The notes: generated by a model from the sequence alone, not told the origin. Positions 12,879-22,726 are shown, counted from the stretch's first letter. The stretch: 64,000 bases of DNA from an uncultured Rickettsiales bacterium (GCA_964416435.1 CAYQEG010000006.1:19216-83215); one strand, 5' to 3'. Program-made: numbers and translations.

Positions 12879-13627
12879 CACGCCTCCTCGAGCGGCAGCA
12901 GGTGCACGTCGCCGGCGAGCAGCCGCCGGGTCGCGCCGTCGCTCTGTACCACCAGCAGGGCCCCGTTGTCTGCGAGACCGGCAGCCTCGAGCGGTTCGAC
13001 CTCCCCCTCGACCCGGACCCGGCGGCCGAGCATGGGCGCCATGGCGGCGGTGGCAGCCTCCAGCAGGTCCGCCGTGCTGAGCGCCTCCAGCGTCGGGAGG
13101 ACGGCCAGGAAGCTGACGAGCAGCTCCTCCGGATCGACCGCGCCGGCGGCGCGGCCGGCGGCTTCCCGCAGCGAGGTCGCGCGCCCCTGAAGCTCCGGCG
13201 GCCAACCGGCCGCCGGGGGGGCGAGGTTGACGCCGACGCCCAGCGCGATCGACGCCACCCGGTCGCCTCGGCAGGCCAGCTCGCAGAGGACGCCGCTGAC
13301 CTTGCGTTCACCGACGAGCACATCGTTCGGCCACTTCAGCCAGGCCCCCGGAGCGGGCAGGAGGGGCGCTACCGCGGCGCGCACCGCGAGCCCGGCGACG
13401 AGGGTCCACCGCCACCCGTCGGACGCGGGCACGTCCGGCCGGCGCAGGACCGTGAACGTCAACGAGCGGCCCGGCTCGCTGAGCCAGGTCCGTCCCTGCC
13501 GCCCCCTCCCCTGGGTCTGGTCCCGGGCCACGACCACGAGGCCGGCGGGCTCGCCGCCTCGGGCCCGCTCGACGACATCGCGGTTGGTGCTCCCGGTCTG
13601 TCGGATCCGCTCGATCCGCCACCCCAT
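12878..13627 (-). CDS. birA: biotin--[acetyl-CoA-carboxylase] ligase (ligase-only class)
   Basis: MGWRIERIRQTGSTNRDV...ARDQTQGRGRQGRTW (biotin-binding GRGRxGR motif). The Arg-rich upstream extension in the track ORF is rejected. Confidence 0.85.
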   Translation of the reverse strand: MGWRIERIRQTGSTNRDVVERARGGEPAGLVVVARDQTQGRGRQGRTWLSEPGRSLTFTVLRRPDVPASDGWRWTLVAGLAVRAAVAPLLPAPGAWLKWPNDVLVGERKVSGVLCELACRGDRVASIALGVGVNLAPPAAGWPPELQGRATSLREAAGRAAGAVDPEELLVSFLAVLPTLEALSTADLLEAATAAMAPMLGRRVRVEGEVEPLEAAGLADNGALLVVQSDGATRRLLAGDVHLLPLEEA

Positions 13628-13632
13628 CGGCG

Positions 13633-14472
13633 TCAATCCAGGTCGAGGCCGATGTCGACCCACCGCGCCTGGTGGATGAGGGCGCCGCAGGAGATGACGT
13701 CCACCCCGGTGTCGGCGACGGCGGCGACCGTGTCGATCCGGATGCCCCCGGAGGCTTCGAGGACCAGGTCCTCGGGCCGTTCGCGGAGCGCGCGCACGAC
13801 CCCGGTGAGGCCGGGCACGTCGAAGTTGTCGAGGAGGAGCACGCGCGCGCCGGCGTCGACCGCCTCGTGAGCCTGCTCCAGGCTCTCCACCTCCACCTGG
13901 ATCTGCAGCAGGTGGTGGCAGCGGCTCCGAGCGCGCTGCACCGCGACGGTGATGCCGCCGGCGGCGGCGATGTGGTTGTCCTTGATCATGACGCCGTCGT
14001 CGAGGGCGGCCCGGTGGTTGTGGCCTCCGCCGCACAGGACGGCGTGCTTCTCCAGGGCGCGGAGCCCGGGCGTCGTCTTGCGGGTGTCGACCAGCCGCAC
14101 GGTCCGGTCGCCGAGCTCACGGGTGTATCGGCGGGTCTGGGTCGCCACGCCGCACAGCCGCTGGAGGAAGTTGAGCGCCAGCCGCTCGCCGGTCAGCAAG
14201 CCGGCCAGCGGGCCGTGGACCTCGGCCAGCAGGCCGCCGGGCGGAAGCTCGGCGCCGTCGCCGACGGCGGGGCGCCACTCGAGCCGGGGGTCGACCTGGG
14301 CGAACACCTCGGCCGCCGCCTGCAGCCCGGCGACCACCAGGGGCTCCCGGGTGACGAGGCGGCCCCGCCCCGCGGCGTCGGGGGACACGACCGAAGACGT
14401 GGTGACGTCGCCGTGGCCGAGATCCTCGCGGAGGGCGCTGGCGACGAGGCGCGCCAGCCCGGGCGTGGTCAC
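13633..14472 (-). CDS. nadC: nicotinate-nucleotide pyrophosphorylase (carboxylating)
   Basis: The 279-aa protein has a GTG start. It carries the RxxxLxxxSG/QPRTase blocks (LDNFDV...GGIRIDTV). Confidence 0.9.
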   Translation of the reverse strand: MTTPGLARLVASALREDLGHGDVTTSSVVSPDAAGRGRLVTREPLVVAGLQAAAEVFAQVDPRLEWRPAVGDGAELPPGGLLAEVHGPLAGLLTGERLALNFLQRLCGVATQTRRYTRELGDRTVRLVDTRKTTPGLRALEKHAVLCGGGHNHRAALDDGVMIKDNHIAAAGGITVAVQRARSRCHHLLQIQVEVESLEQAHEAVDAGARVLLLDNFDVPGLTGVVRALRERPEDLVLEASGGIRIDTVAAVADTGVDVISCGALIHQARWVDIGLDLD

Positions 14473-14473
14473 G

Positions 14474-15535
14474 TCAGTCCCCGTCCTGGGCGAGGCGGGC
14501 GGCCTCTGCGGCGACGGCGGGGAGGACCTGCTTGAGGGCCTCGGTCACCGCGCTGGCGACCGACCGCTGGATCAGCTCGGTCAAGGCGCCGTCCGTGGCG
14601 GTCAGCTTCGCCAGCTCCTCGCGGACCGCGATCCCCACGTCCGGCGGCGTGTCGAGCGGGGGGGCGATCGGAGGCAGGAATCCGGAGGTCGACGCGTCGA
14701 CCAGCGTGGTCGCCTTCTTCTTGCCCGGGTCGGGCGCGGAGTCGTCGGAGTCGTCGGACGCGTCGGGGTCGGAGATCGGCTTGAAGTGCGCCGTCGTCGT
14801 GGGCGAGACCGGCACCGAGACGGGGTGCGACTCGTCGAACGCCTCCAGGTTCTGGGCCGGCAACTCCTGCGTGCTGAAGGCTCCTTCGGGGACGTCGTTG
14901 TTGCCGGTACGATCGACCGGCTCGTAGGCCCCCGTGCCGAGCGATTCGAGCACGGCGGACGACTCGTCCGCGGGGAGCTCCTCGTCCTCCAGGGGACGGA
15001 TCGCGGCGGACACCACGCTGGAGGCCCAGCTCTCGCCCGGATCGATCTCGACCTCGATCTCGTCGGATTCGCTCCGGGGAAACACCCCGGTCATCGGATC
15101 GACCACGGAGTCGACAGCCCGGGGCCACTGGAATGCTTCGTGGCTGCCGTCGACGCCGGTGAAGAACCGCTTGCCGACCAGCCCTTCGAGCAGTTTGGCG
15201 AGATCCGCCCCCGCGAACGGCCGGCCGAGGGTCGCGTCCGCCCCCGCCTCGGCGCTTCGACGGGCGGCGGTCGCGTCGGCGTGCGCGTGCAGCAGCACGA
15301 CGCGCGGAGCCTCTTCGCGGTCCTTCAGCGCCCGGCAGAACTCGTACCCGTCCTGCCCGGGCAGCTGTGTCGCGGCGATGACGAGGCCGACGTCGCCCTC
15401 TGCGAGTTCGCTGGTGGCAGCTTCAGCGGAGTGCGCCGAGGTGACCGGCCCGCCGAGCACCTGGATCGCCCCGCGGGCCTGGTTGACGAGGCCCGGGTCG
15501 TGGCTGACGACCAGGGTCCGGTTCCGCTCTGACAT
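14474..15535 (-). CDS. pseudo-receiver (REC-like) domain protein with acidic/Pro-rich region and helical C-terminus
   Basis: It starts at the internal Met MSERNRTLVVSHDPG.... The CheY-like fold has the phospho-acceptor position as Ala (GLVIAATQLPGQDGYEF, versus the canonical LVLLDxxMPxxDG). The track's upstream 348 codons are Arg/Gly/His-rich junk. Confidence 0.7.
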   Translation of the reverse strand: MSERNRTLVVSHDPGLVNQARGAIQVLGGPVTSAHSAEAATSELAEGDVGLVIAATQLPGQDGYEFCRALKDREEAPRVVLLHAHADATAARRSAEAGADATLGRPFAGADLAKLLEGLVGKRFFTGVDGSHEAFQWPRAVDSVVDPMTGVFPRSESDEIEVEIDPGESWASSVVSAAIRPLEDEELPADESSAVLESLGTGAYEPVDRTGNNDVPEGAFSTQELPAQNLEAFDESHPVSVPVSPTTTAHFKPISDPDASDDSDDSAPDPGKKKATTLVDASTSGFLPPIAPPLDTPPDVGIAVREELAKLTATDGALTELIQRSVASAVTEALKQVLPAVAAEAARLAQDGD

Positions 15536-15577
15536 GGACGCCCCTCCCTTGGGACATGGGCCCCATCGGGGCCGGCA

Positions 15578-17017
15578 ATGATGGTACCAGGGTCGACCGG
15601 GGCGGCGCGGTGCCGCAGAATCGTCTCCGTGAGCGAGCCCGTCACACGCGATCAGCTGATCGGATGGTTCGAGCAGGCCTGCACGCCGGAGCGGCGGGTG
15701 GGCCTGGAGTGGGAGAAGACTGCCGCCCGCACGGACGGCGAATCGGTCCGGTTCGACGACGTCGACGGGATCGAGTCGATGCTGATCCGGCTCGCGGATC
15801 GGTTCGACTGGACGCCGGTCCACGAGCAGGACCGCGTCATCGCCCTGAAGCGCGACGGCTCGAACATCACGCTGGAGCCGGGGGGCCAGATCGAGCTGAG
15901 CACGACCCCCCACGAGACCCTCGCCGGCATCGAGCGGGAACTCCGCCGACACCTCGCCGAGCTGCAGGACGTCACCCGGGGCTCCGACATCCTGTTCCTC
16001 CAGGTCGGGTTCACCCCGTTCGCGGAGGTCTCCAACATCCCGTTCGTGCCCAAGGGCCGATACGGGATCATGAAGCGGTACCTCGGTCCGCGCGGCGACC
16101 TCGCCCACGCGATGATGAAGGGCACCTCCTCGGTGCAGGTCACCCTCGACTACGCGTCCGAGGCGGACTGTGCCCGCAAGCTGCGGGTCGTCGCCGCCCT
16201 GAGCCCGGTGGTGACGGCGCTCGCCGCCGCCTCTCCCCTCGCGAGTGGACGGCCGACGGGCGCCCGGAGCTTCCGCGCGCGCTGCTGGCGCTCGACCAAC
16301 CCGGATCGCACCGGGTTGCGGACCGACCTGTTCGGGCCCGGCTTCACCTTCGAGCGCTGGGTCGACTGGGTGCTGCAGGTGCCGATGATGTTCGTGGAGC
16401 GAGGGGGCCGGTACCTCGACGCCACCGGCAAGACCTTCGCCGACTGGATGCGGTTCGGGTTGGCCGGAGAGCGTCCGACCTTCAAGGACTGGGAGCTGCA
16501 CCTGACGTCGGTGTTCCCCGAGGTGCGGCTGAAGAACTTCATCGAGGTGCGCGGGGCGGACAACGGTCCCCTCCCCCACGTCCTGGGCATCGGCGCGCTC
16601 TGGAAGGGGCTGCTGTACGACGGCGACGCGCTGGAGGAGGCGCTCACCGTCGCAGAGGCGCTGGCGTCGGACCGCCGGGACGAGCTGCTCGACCTGGCGA
16701 TCGCCGAGGGGCTCTCGGGCCGCTGGGAGGGACGCAGCCTGCGGGCGTGGGCCGGGTACATCCTGGAGATCGCCTCGGCGGGCCTGAGCCGCCAGGCCCC
16801 CGACGGGCCGGCCGAGGTGGCCTACCTGGCCCCGCTGGTCGAGATGGCCCGGGCCGGCCGGTCGTACGCCGCTGACATCCTCGACGCGGCCGACTCCTCG
16901 TCGGGCCGTAGAGCGCTCCTGTCCCAGATGGCCTACCCGGCCGTGGTGCGGATCCCCCCGGTCGCGCCGTCGGCCGGCCTGTGGGGCACGGCGGAGCTCC
17001 GCTCGCTCCGCCGCTGA
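15578..17017 (+). CDS. gshA: glutamate--cysteine ligase, plant/GCS2 type
   Basis: ITLEPGGQIELSTTPHETLAGIERELRRHL...IPFVPKGRYGIMKRY... are typical of the plant-like gamma-GCS family. The start is ambiguous; an in-frame GTG at 15629 is an alternative. Confidence 0.85.
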   Translation: MMVPGSTGAARCRRIVSVSEPVTRDQLIGWFEQACTPERRVGLEWEKTAARTDGESVRFDDVDGIESMLIRLADRFDWTPVHEQDRVIALKRDGSNITLEPGGQIELSTTPHETLAGIERELRRHLAELQDVTRGSDILFLQVGFTPFAEVSNIPFVPKGRYGIMKRYLGPRGDLAHAMMKGTSSVQVTLDYASEADCARKLRVVAALSPVVTALAAASPLASGRPTGARSFRARCWRSTNPDRTGLRTDLFGPGFTFERWVDWVLQVPMMFVERGGRYLDATGKTFADWMRFGLAGERPTFKDWELHLTSVFPEVRLKNFIEVRGADNGPLPHVLGIGALWKGLLYDGDALEEALTVAEALASDRRDELLDLAIAEGLSGRWEGRSLRAWAGYILEIASAGLSRQAPDGPAEVAYLAPLVEMARAGRSYAADILDAADSSSGRRALLSQMAYPAVVRIPPVAPSAGLWGTAELRSLRR

Positions 17018-17024
17018 GGGGCCG

Positions 17025-17795
17025 TCAGGACGTCTGGCGCAGTCGCTCGTACATCAGCAGCCCGGCCGCCACCGACACGTTGAGGCTGCTGACCACGCTC
17101 CCGGGGGTGAGCGGGATCGACACGACCTGGTCGCAGCGGCCCCGGATCTTCGGCCCGAGGCCCCGGTCCTCGCCTCCCATGACGATCGCGAGCGGGCCGG
17201 TCAGGTCGGCCTCCCAGAGCGGGACCGCGCCGTCCGCTTCGGCCCCGACGACTCGGAAACCGTCGCGCTTGAGGGTCGCGAGCGCGCTGTTGAGCCCCTC
17301 GCGGACCACCGGGACCTCTTCGGCGCCGCCCATCGCGACCCGCTGCACGACCGCCCCGGTCGGGGCCCCGCGGCGGGTGGGGGCGACCACCGCGGTGCAG
17401 CCGCAGGCCGCGGCGGTTCGCAGGATCGCGCCCAGGTTCTGCTCGTACTGCACCTCGTCCACGATCACCACGAACGGGTCACCGGGACGCTGGCTGCTCG
17501 CCAGGGCGGCCTTCAGGGTCCACTTCGGGAGCGGCTCCGCCGAGGCGATGACGCCGTTGTGCACGCCGGTCTGCGAGATGCGGTCCAGCTCCGCGCGCGG
17601 CACGCCGTCGATCGGCACGCCCTGCTTGCGGGCGAGCCCGACGATCTCCTTGAGGCGGTCGTCGGGGCGGGCGCCGGCGTCCAGCTTGATCGAGCGCACC
17701 CGTCGGGACGCACGGAGCGCAGCGAGGACGACGTTGCGGCCTTCGAGTTGATCGCGACCCGAGCCGCCGGAGCCGGAGCGGGGTCGGCGGGTCAT
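17025..17795 (-). CDS. rlmB: 23S rRNA (guanosine-2'-O)-methyltransferase RlmB / SpoU-TrmH family
   Basis: The 256-aa protein has SpoU motifs IVDEVQYEQNLGAILRTAAACG, LAIVMGGEDRGLG and VSIPLTPGSVVSSLNVSVAAGLLMYE. Confidence 0.85.
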   Translation of the reverse strand: MTRRPRSGSGGSGRDQLEGRNVVLAALRASRRVRSIKLDAGARPDDRLKEIVGLARKQGVPIDGVPRAELDRISQTGVHNGVIASAEPLPKWTLKAALASSQRPGDPFVVIVDEVQYEQNLGAILRTAAACGCTAVVAPTRRGAPTGAVVQRVAMGGAEEVPVVREGLNSALATLKRDGFRVVGAEADGAVPLWEADLTGPLAIVMGGEDRGLGPKIRGRCDQVVSIPLTPGSVVSSLNVSVAAGLLMYERLRQTS

Positions 17796-17802
17796 GGTCT
17801 GA

Positions 17803-19218
17803 CTACAGGAGGTTCGCGGCGAGCTCGGCGAGCTCGGACCGTTCGCCCTTCTCCAGGGTGATGTGCCCCGCGATCCCCTCCTCCTTCATCTTCTGGACGA
17901 CGAAGACGAGGCCGTTGGACGTGGCGTCCACGTAGGGGTTGTCGATCTGGTAGGGGTCGCCCGTGAGCACGATCTTGGTGCCCTCACCGGCCCGCGTGAT
18001 GATCGTCTTGATCTCGTGCGGCGTGAGGTTCTGAGCCTCGTCGATGACCAGGTACTGGTGCGGGATGGACCGGCCGCGGATGTAGGTCAGCGGCTCGATC
18101 TCGAGCAGCCCCTGGTCGATCAGCTCCTGGTAGCCACGGCTCTTGGCCCGACCGGCGCTGCGCGAGTCGAGGATGAACTCGACGTTGTCGTAGACCGGCT
18201 TCATCCAGGGGTTGAGCTTCTCTTCGATGTCCCCGGGCAGGTAGCCGATGTCCTTGCCGAGCGGGAAGATCGGGCGGCTGACGAGCAGCCGGTGGTAGAT
18301 GCGCTCGTCGGCGCTCTTGTGCAGCCCGGCCGCGATGGCGAGCAGGGTCTTGCCGGTGCCCGCCTTGCCGACGAGCGTCACCAGCTTGAGGGAGTCGTCC
18401 AGCAGCAGGTCGAGGGCGAAGCACTGCTCCTTGTTCCGCGGGAAGATGCCCCACACGCCTTCCTTGATGCGGGTCACCAGCTGCAGCTGGCCGTCGTCCG
18501 GGCTGACCCGGGCGAGGGCCGTCTGGTTGGGCCGATCGGCGTTGCGCAGCACCAGGCACTCGTTGGGCTCGAGGTCGCCGGTGTCGTAGTCGACGGTCCC
18601 GTTGCGGTACAGCACGTCGACCACTTCGGGGGCCACCGTCACCTCCCGCTGGCCGGTCCACAGCTCGTCCATCCGGACCTTGCCGTGCTCGTAGTCCTCC
18701 GCCCGGGTGCCCAGGGCGTTGGCCTTGATCCGCATGTTGGTGTCCTTGGTCACCATGATCACGCGGCCCGAGTCGCCCGCCTCGTTGTTCAGTCGGCTGG
18801 CGACCGCGAGGATGAGGTTGTCGGCGTGGTGCTTCTTGTCCGCCCAGTTCCAGTCGATCGTGGCGTCGCACAGATCGATCCGGATCGAGCCACCGCCCGG
18901 CAGGGGGACGCCGTCGTTCAGGCTGAGGCCGGAGTCCCGCCGGAGCTTGTCGAGCTGCCGGCCGACCTGGCGCGCGTTGCGCCCCGTCTCCGTGAGGTCC
19001 TTCTTGAACCGGTCGACCTCCTCGATGACCGTGATGGGGATGACCAGGTCGTGCTCTTCGAACTTGAACAGCGCCGTCGGGTCGTACAGCAGCACGTTCG
19101 TGTCGATGACGTAGGTCTTTCGCTCGTGGCTCGGAGCGCGGTCGATCAACGTGGCGTCCTCTGAAGGGGGTCGGGCTGGATGTTCGAACGGAGCATGATT
19201 GGGCACAGTACGCAGCAA
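17803..19218 (-). CDS. PIN-domain plus PhoH-like ATPase fusion (PhoH2/YlaK family)
   Basis: An N-terminal PIN domain (YVIDTNVLLYDP) is followed by Walker A GKAGTGKTLLAIAAG and PhoH blocks (YLPGDIEEKLNPWMKPVYD, IDEAQNLT). The track start is TTG, so the true start is uncertain. Confidence 0.85.
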   Translation of the reverse strand: MLRTVPNHAPFEHPARPPSEDATLIDRAPSHERKTYVIDTNVLLYDPTALFKFEEHDLVIPITVIEEVDRFKKDLTETGRNARQVGRQLDKLRRDSGLSLNDGVPLPGGGSIRIDLCDATIDWNWADKKHHADNLILAVASRLNNEAGDSGRVIMVTKDTNMRIKANALGTRAEDYEHGKVRMDELWTGQREVTVAPEVVDVLYRNGTVDYDTGDLEPNECLVLRNADRPNQTALARVSPDDGQLQLVTRIKEGVWGIFPRNKEQCFALDLLLDDSLKLVTLVGKAGTGKTLLAIAAGLHKSADERIYHRLLVSRPIFPLGKDIGYLPGDIEEKLNPWMKPVYDNVEFILDSRSAGRAKSRGYQELIDQGLLEIEPLTYIRGRSIPHQYLVIDEAQNLTPHEIKTIITRAGEGTKIVLTGDPYQIDNPYVDATSNGLVFVVQKMKEEGIAGHITLEKGERSELAELAANLL

Positions 19219-19318
19219 CTTCCGCTAGGGGGGGCCGGCGGCGATGCTACTGATGCGCCGGGCCGGGTCAACGACAAACTTGCGTGCGACAAGCGTACCC
19301 GGAATCGTGGCGCGATCT

Positions 19319-19609
19319 CTACTCCTCGGGTTCGTCGGCCTGGATCCGCTGCTTGAGCTGCCGACCCACCTTGAAGACCGGCAGGACCTTCGCGGCGACC
19401 GGGATGGGGGCGCCCGTCTTGGGGTTGCGGCCGGTGTAGGCGCCGTAATGCTTGGTCTTGAAGGAGCCGAACCCGCGGATTTCGATCCGGTCGCCACGGA
19501 CGAGCGCGTCCTCCATGCACTGGAAGATGGTGTTGACGAGGTACTCGGCCTTCTTGCGGGTGAGCCCACCCTGCTCCGCGACCGCTTCGATCAACTGCGA
19601 CTTCGTCAC
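19319..19609 (-). CDS. HU/IHF-family DNA-binding protein (IHF-beta-like)
   Basis: VTKSQLIEAVAEQ...GDRIEIRGFGSFKTKHYGAYTGRNPKTGAPIPVAAKVLPVFKVGRQLKQR. The start is a GTG, with GGAGG 11 nt upstream. The track's 575-aa ORF upstream of this point is rejected. Confidence 0.8.
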   Translation of the reverse strand: MTKSQLIEAVAEQGGLTRKKAEYLVNTIFQCMEDALVRGDRIEIRGFGSFKTKHYGAYTGRNPKTGAPIPVAAKVLPVFKVGRQLKQRIQADEPEE

Positions 19610-19746
19610 CTCGGCTGGTCCTCCCGCGGTGGAGTGACCGTCTCTCCACGTCCCCCGCGACAATCGAGCTTGCCAGTGGGGCCGTCGAAGCGTCAAGGTA
19701 ACTAACCGGTTTCTTTGGGTAATATCGGACGTAACGGCCACGCCGC

Positions 19747-21507
19747 TCAGTCGGTCCGCACGTCCCGCAGCCGCATCTCCAGGCTGGTGAGCCCCTGCCA
19801 GAAGTTGGTCTGGAGGTGGTACGCGACGTCGACCGTGCCCCGGACCTGTTCGGGGGTCAGGCCCAGACCGAACCCGACCGCCGCGATGCGGGGCCCGCCG
19901 TCCTGGCGCAGGGTCATGCGCAGGCCACCCTTGGGCAGCGCCTTGACGTCGCTCGCCCGCAGGCCCCGGCTCACGAACAGGGGCTCCGGGTTGCCGATGC
20001 CGAACGGACCGAGCGACAGCATCGCCTCGTGCATCGGCCACGTCGCGTCGTCGAGGTCGAGCTCCGCGTCGACCGACAGCGTCGGGTTCCACAGGTCGTC
20101 CGGAGTGTCGGCGAACGCTTCGTGGGCGAAGGCCTCGCGCAGCGCCGGGAGGTTCTTCGTCTCCAGCGTGAGCCCGGCCGCCGCGCGGTGGCCGCCGAAC
20201 CGCATCAGCAGCGGCTCGTAGCGCTTCAGCGCGGTGTACAGGTCCAGCCCCTTGATCGCCCGGCCGCTGCCGGTGGCGGTGCCGTCGGGCTTCGCCGCGA
20301 GCACCAGGGTCGGCCGGTGGAGGTGCTGCACGAGTCGGCTGGCGACGATCCCGACGACGCCCGGGTGCCAGTCCTCGCTCCACAGCACGATGCCCCTGCG
20401 ATCCGCCAGGCCCGGGTCGTCGCCGAGCATCTGCAGGGCCTCGGCGAAGATCCGCCGCTCGGTCTCCTGGCGGCGACGGTTGTAGTCGTCGAGCTCCTGG
20501 GCGATGGCGGTCGCGCCGCCGTCGGACTCGCTCAGCAGCAGGTCCACGGCTCGGGACGCCTCGGCGAGCCTCCCGGCGGCGTTGATGCGCGGACCGAGCC
20601 GGAAGCCCAGGTGGGACGACTCCGCCGGCGACTGGGCGGCGATGCCCGCCACCTCCATCAGCGCCCTGAGGCCGGGCCGTCGGCGGGCGGAGAGCACCTT
20701 GAGGCCCGTCTGGACGAGCAGCCGGTTGATGCCCCGCAGCGGCGCGAGGTCCGCCACGGTGCCGAGGGCCACGATGTCCAGGTACTCGCGGAGGTCCGGT
20801 TCGGCGGTCGTCGCGAACGCCCCGCGCTCGCGGAGGCGCGCTCGCAGAGCGACCGCGAGCATGAAGGAGACCCCGACCGCGGCCAGCTCCCAGTACGGCG
20901 AGTCCTCCCCGTCCAGCTTCGGGTTGATGATCGAGACGGCCGGGGGCAGCTCGGGGGGCAGCGTGTGGTGGTCGCAGACGACGGTGTCGATGCCTCGCGC
21001 GTTGCCTAGCTCGATGGCCGCGTGGGCGCTCACGCCGGTGTCGCACGTGATCAGGACCTGGACACCCTCGTCGGCGAGCCGCTCCACGGTGTGCAGGGCG
21101 ACCCCGTAGCCGTCCCGTTGGCGATGGGGGGCGTACCAGGTGACCTTCGCGCCCAGCCGCCGCAGGAGATGCACCAGCATCGCGACCGACGTGCAGCCGT
21201 CGACGTCGTAGTCGCCGTGCACGCAGATGAGCTCCCCCCCGTCGAGGGCGGTGAGCAGCCGGTCGACGGCGGCCTCCATGCCGTGCATGACGCGGGGGTC
21301 GGGCAGGTCGCGCAGCGAGCCCTTCAGCCAGAGCCGGCCGGTGGACGGGTCGTCCACGCCGCGGTTGCTCAGGAGCTGTCCGAGGAGCGGGGCTACGCCG
21401 AGCTCGTCAGCGAGCCGTTCGCCGTGGTCGGAGCTGCGCAGCTTCCAGGCCCGGGGGACCTTCGGTACCGCCGGGAGCGGCGTCTCGACGGGCGCGCCGG
21501 GCTTCAA
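19747..21507 (-). CDS. recJ: single-stranded-DNA-specific exonuclease RecJ
   Basis: DHH motifs (VHGDYDVDGCTS, TCDTGVS, VVCDHH) are followed by a DHHA1 region. Confidence 0.9.
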   Translation of the reverse strand: MKPGAPVETPLPAVPKVPRAWKLRSSDHGERLADELGVAPLLGQLLSNRGVDDPSTGRLWLKGSLRDLPDPRVMHGMEAAVDRLLTALDGGELICVHGDYDVDGCTSVAMLVHLLRRLGAKVTWYAPHRQRDGYGVALHTVERLADEGVQVLITCDTGVSAHAAIELGNARGIDTVVCDHHTLPPELPPAVSIINPKLDGEDSPYWELAAVGVSFMLAVALRARLRERGAFATTAEPDLREYLDIVALGTVADLAPLRGINRLLVQTGLKVLSARRRPGLRALMEVAGIAAQSPAESSHLGFRLGPRINAAGRLAEASRAVDLLLSESDGGATAIAQELDDYNRRRQETERRIFAEALQMLGDDPGLADRRGIVLWSEDWHPGVVGIVASRLVQHLHRPTLVLAAKPDGTATGSGRAIKGLDLYTALKRYEPLLMRFGGHRAAAGLTLETKNLPALREAFAHEAFADTPDDLWNPTLSVDAELDLDDATWPMHEAMLSLGPFGIGNPEPLFVSRGLRASDVKALPKGGLRMTLRQDGGPRIAAVGFGLGLTPEQVRGTVDVAYHLQTNFWQGLTSLEMRLRDVRTD

Positions 21508-21510
21508 CTT

Positions 21511-22713
21511 CTAGAGGGTCGCGCCCGAGCCGGTGCGGCGGGTGCTGGTCTCGTCCTGTACGTCGACCGGCAGCCACCTCTGCAGCGACAGGATCAGCGG
21601 CGACGCGACGTAGATGGACGAGTAGGTCCCGACGAAGACGCCGACGGCCAGGGCCAGGGCGAAGTCGCGGATGATCGGCCCGCCGAGCACCATCAGCATG
21701 ACCACCGACAGCAGCGTCGTGATCGACGTCAGCAGGGTCCGGGACAGCGTCTCGTTCAGGGAGATGTTGATCACGTCCGTCAGGTCACGGCGCGGGAAGC
21801 GGCGCAGGTTCTCGCGGATGCGGTCGTATACGACGATGGTGTCGTTCAACGAGTAACCGACGATCGTCAGCAGCGCGCCGATCGTGGGCAGGCTGAACTC
21901 CCGTCCGAAGAGGCAGAACACGCCGATCGTGATCGAGACGTCGTGGAACAACGCCGCGACGGCGCCCGGAGCGAAGCTCAGGTCGAATCGGAAGGCGATG
22001 TAGACCAGGATGAGGGCGAGCGAGAAGAAGATCGCGAGCAGCCCCTTGCGCCGCAGCTCGGCGCCGACGGTCGGACCGACCATCTCGACGCGGACGACCT
22101 TGAAGGCGGGGGTGCCGTCGGCTCGCGCCAGCGCGCCCGCGAGCTTCTCCTTCACCCGGTCGGTGATGCCCGGGTAGTTCACCTCGAACGCGTTGTGCTC
22201 GACCTTGCTCTCGACGACCGTGATGCCGTCCTCGAGGGCGGCCAGCTGGCGCTGCACCTCCGCGACGGTCAGCGGCTCGGTGGCGATGGCGCGCATCGAC
22301 ACGCTCTGCCCCCGCTCCCACTCGAAGGCCTTCCAGCCGTCCTCGCCGTAGGCCTCCTTGAGCTTCCCGGCGGCGCGGTCGAAGAACTCGTCGGCGCCGA
22401 AGTTCACCGACTCGACGCGGACCAGGTACTCCTGCCCGCTCGTGCCGAAGGTCTGGACGTTGTCGTCGTTCATCCCGATCTCGCTCAGGCCGCTCCGGAC
22501 CTGCTGGATCGTGATGCCCTCGTCGACGTGCAGCTGGATCAGCGTGCCGCCCGCGAAGTCGACGCCATACTTGGGCGCCAGCGGGATGTCCGGCGAGAGG
22601 GTGCCGCCGACGGCGAGCAGCAGCGAGACGCTGACGAGGATGACGGAGACGACGGCGAGCGGCCTGCGCTTGCCGATGAAGTCGATGTTGATGCCCGGCT
22701 TGACGATCTGCAT
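21511..22713 (-). CDS. secF: protein translocase subunit SecF
   Basis: A 400-aa membrane protein with typical SecF TM topology and conserved blocks. Confidence 0.9.
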   Translation of the reverse strand: MQIVKPGINIDFIGKRRPLAVVSVILVSVSLLLAVGGTLSPDIPLAPKYGVDFAGGTLIQLHVDEGITIQQVRSGLSEIGMNDDNVQTFGTSGQEYLVRVESVNFGADEFFDRAAGKLKEAYGEDGWKAFEWERGQSVSMRAIATEPLTVAEVQRQLAALEDGITVVESKVEHNAFEVNYPGITDRVKEKLAGALARADGTPAFKVVRVEMVGPTVGAELRRKGLLAIFFSLALILVYIAFRFDLSFAPGAVAALFHDVSITIGVFCLFGREFSLPTIGALLTIVGYSLNDTIVVYDRIRENLRRFPRRDLTDVINISLNETLSRTLLTSITTLLSVVMLMVLGGPIIRDFALALAVGVFVGTYSSIYVASPLILSLQRWLPVDVQDETSTRRTGSGATL

Positions 22714-22726
22714 GGTGCCGCTCCGC

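Noticed and set aside
15536-16579. Upstream 348 codons of track ORF 14474..16579
   Set aside because: They are His/Arg/Gly-rich. They are antisense to gshA, which is clearly real. The pseudo-receiver gene has a good internal ATG at 15535.
19610-19746. Possible sigma54-type promoter (TGGCAagctcgaTTGT) upstream of the IHF-beta-like gene
   Set aside because: The GG-to-GC spacing is one nucleotide longer than the strict sigma54 consensus, so I did not call it.
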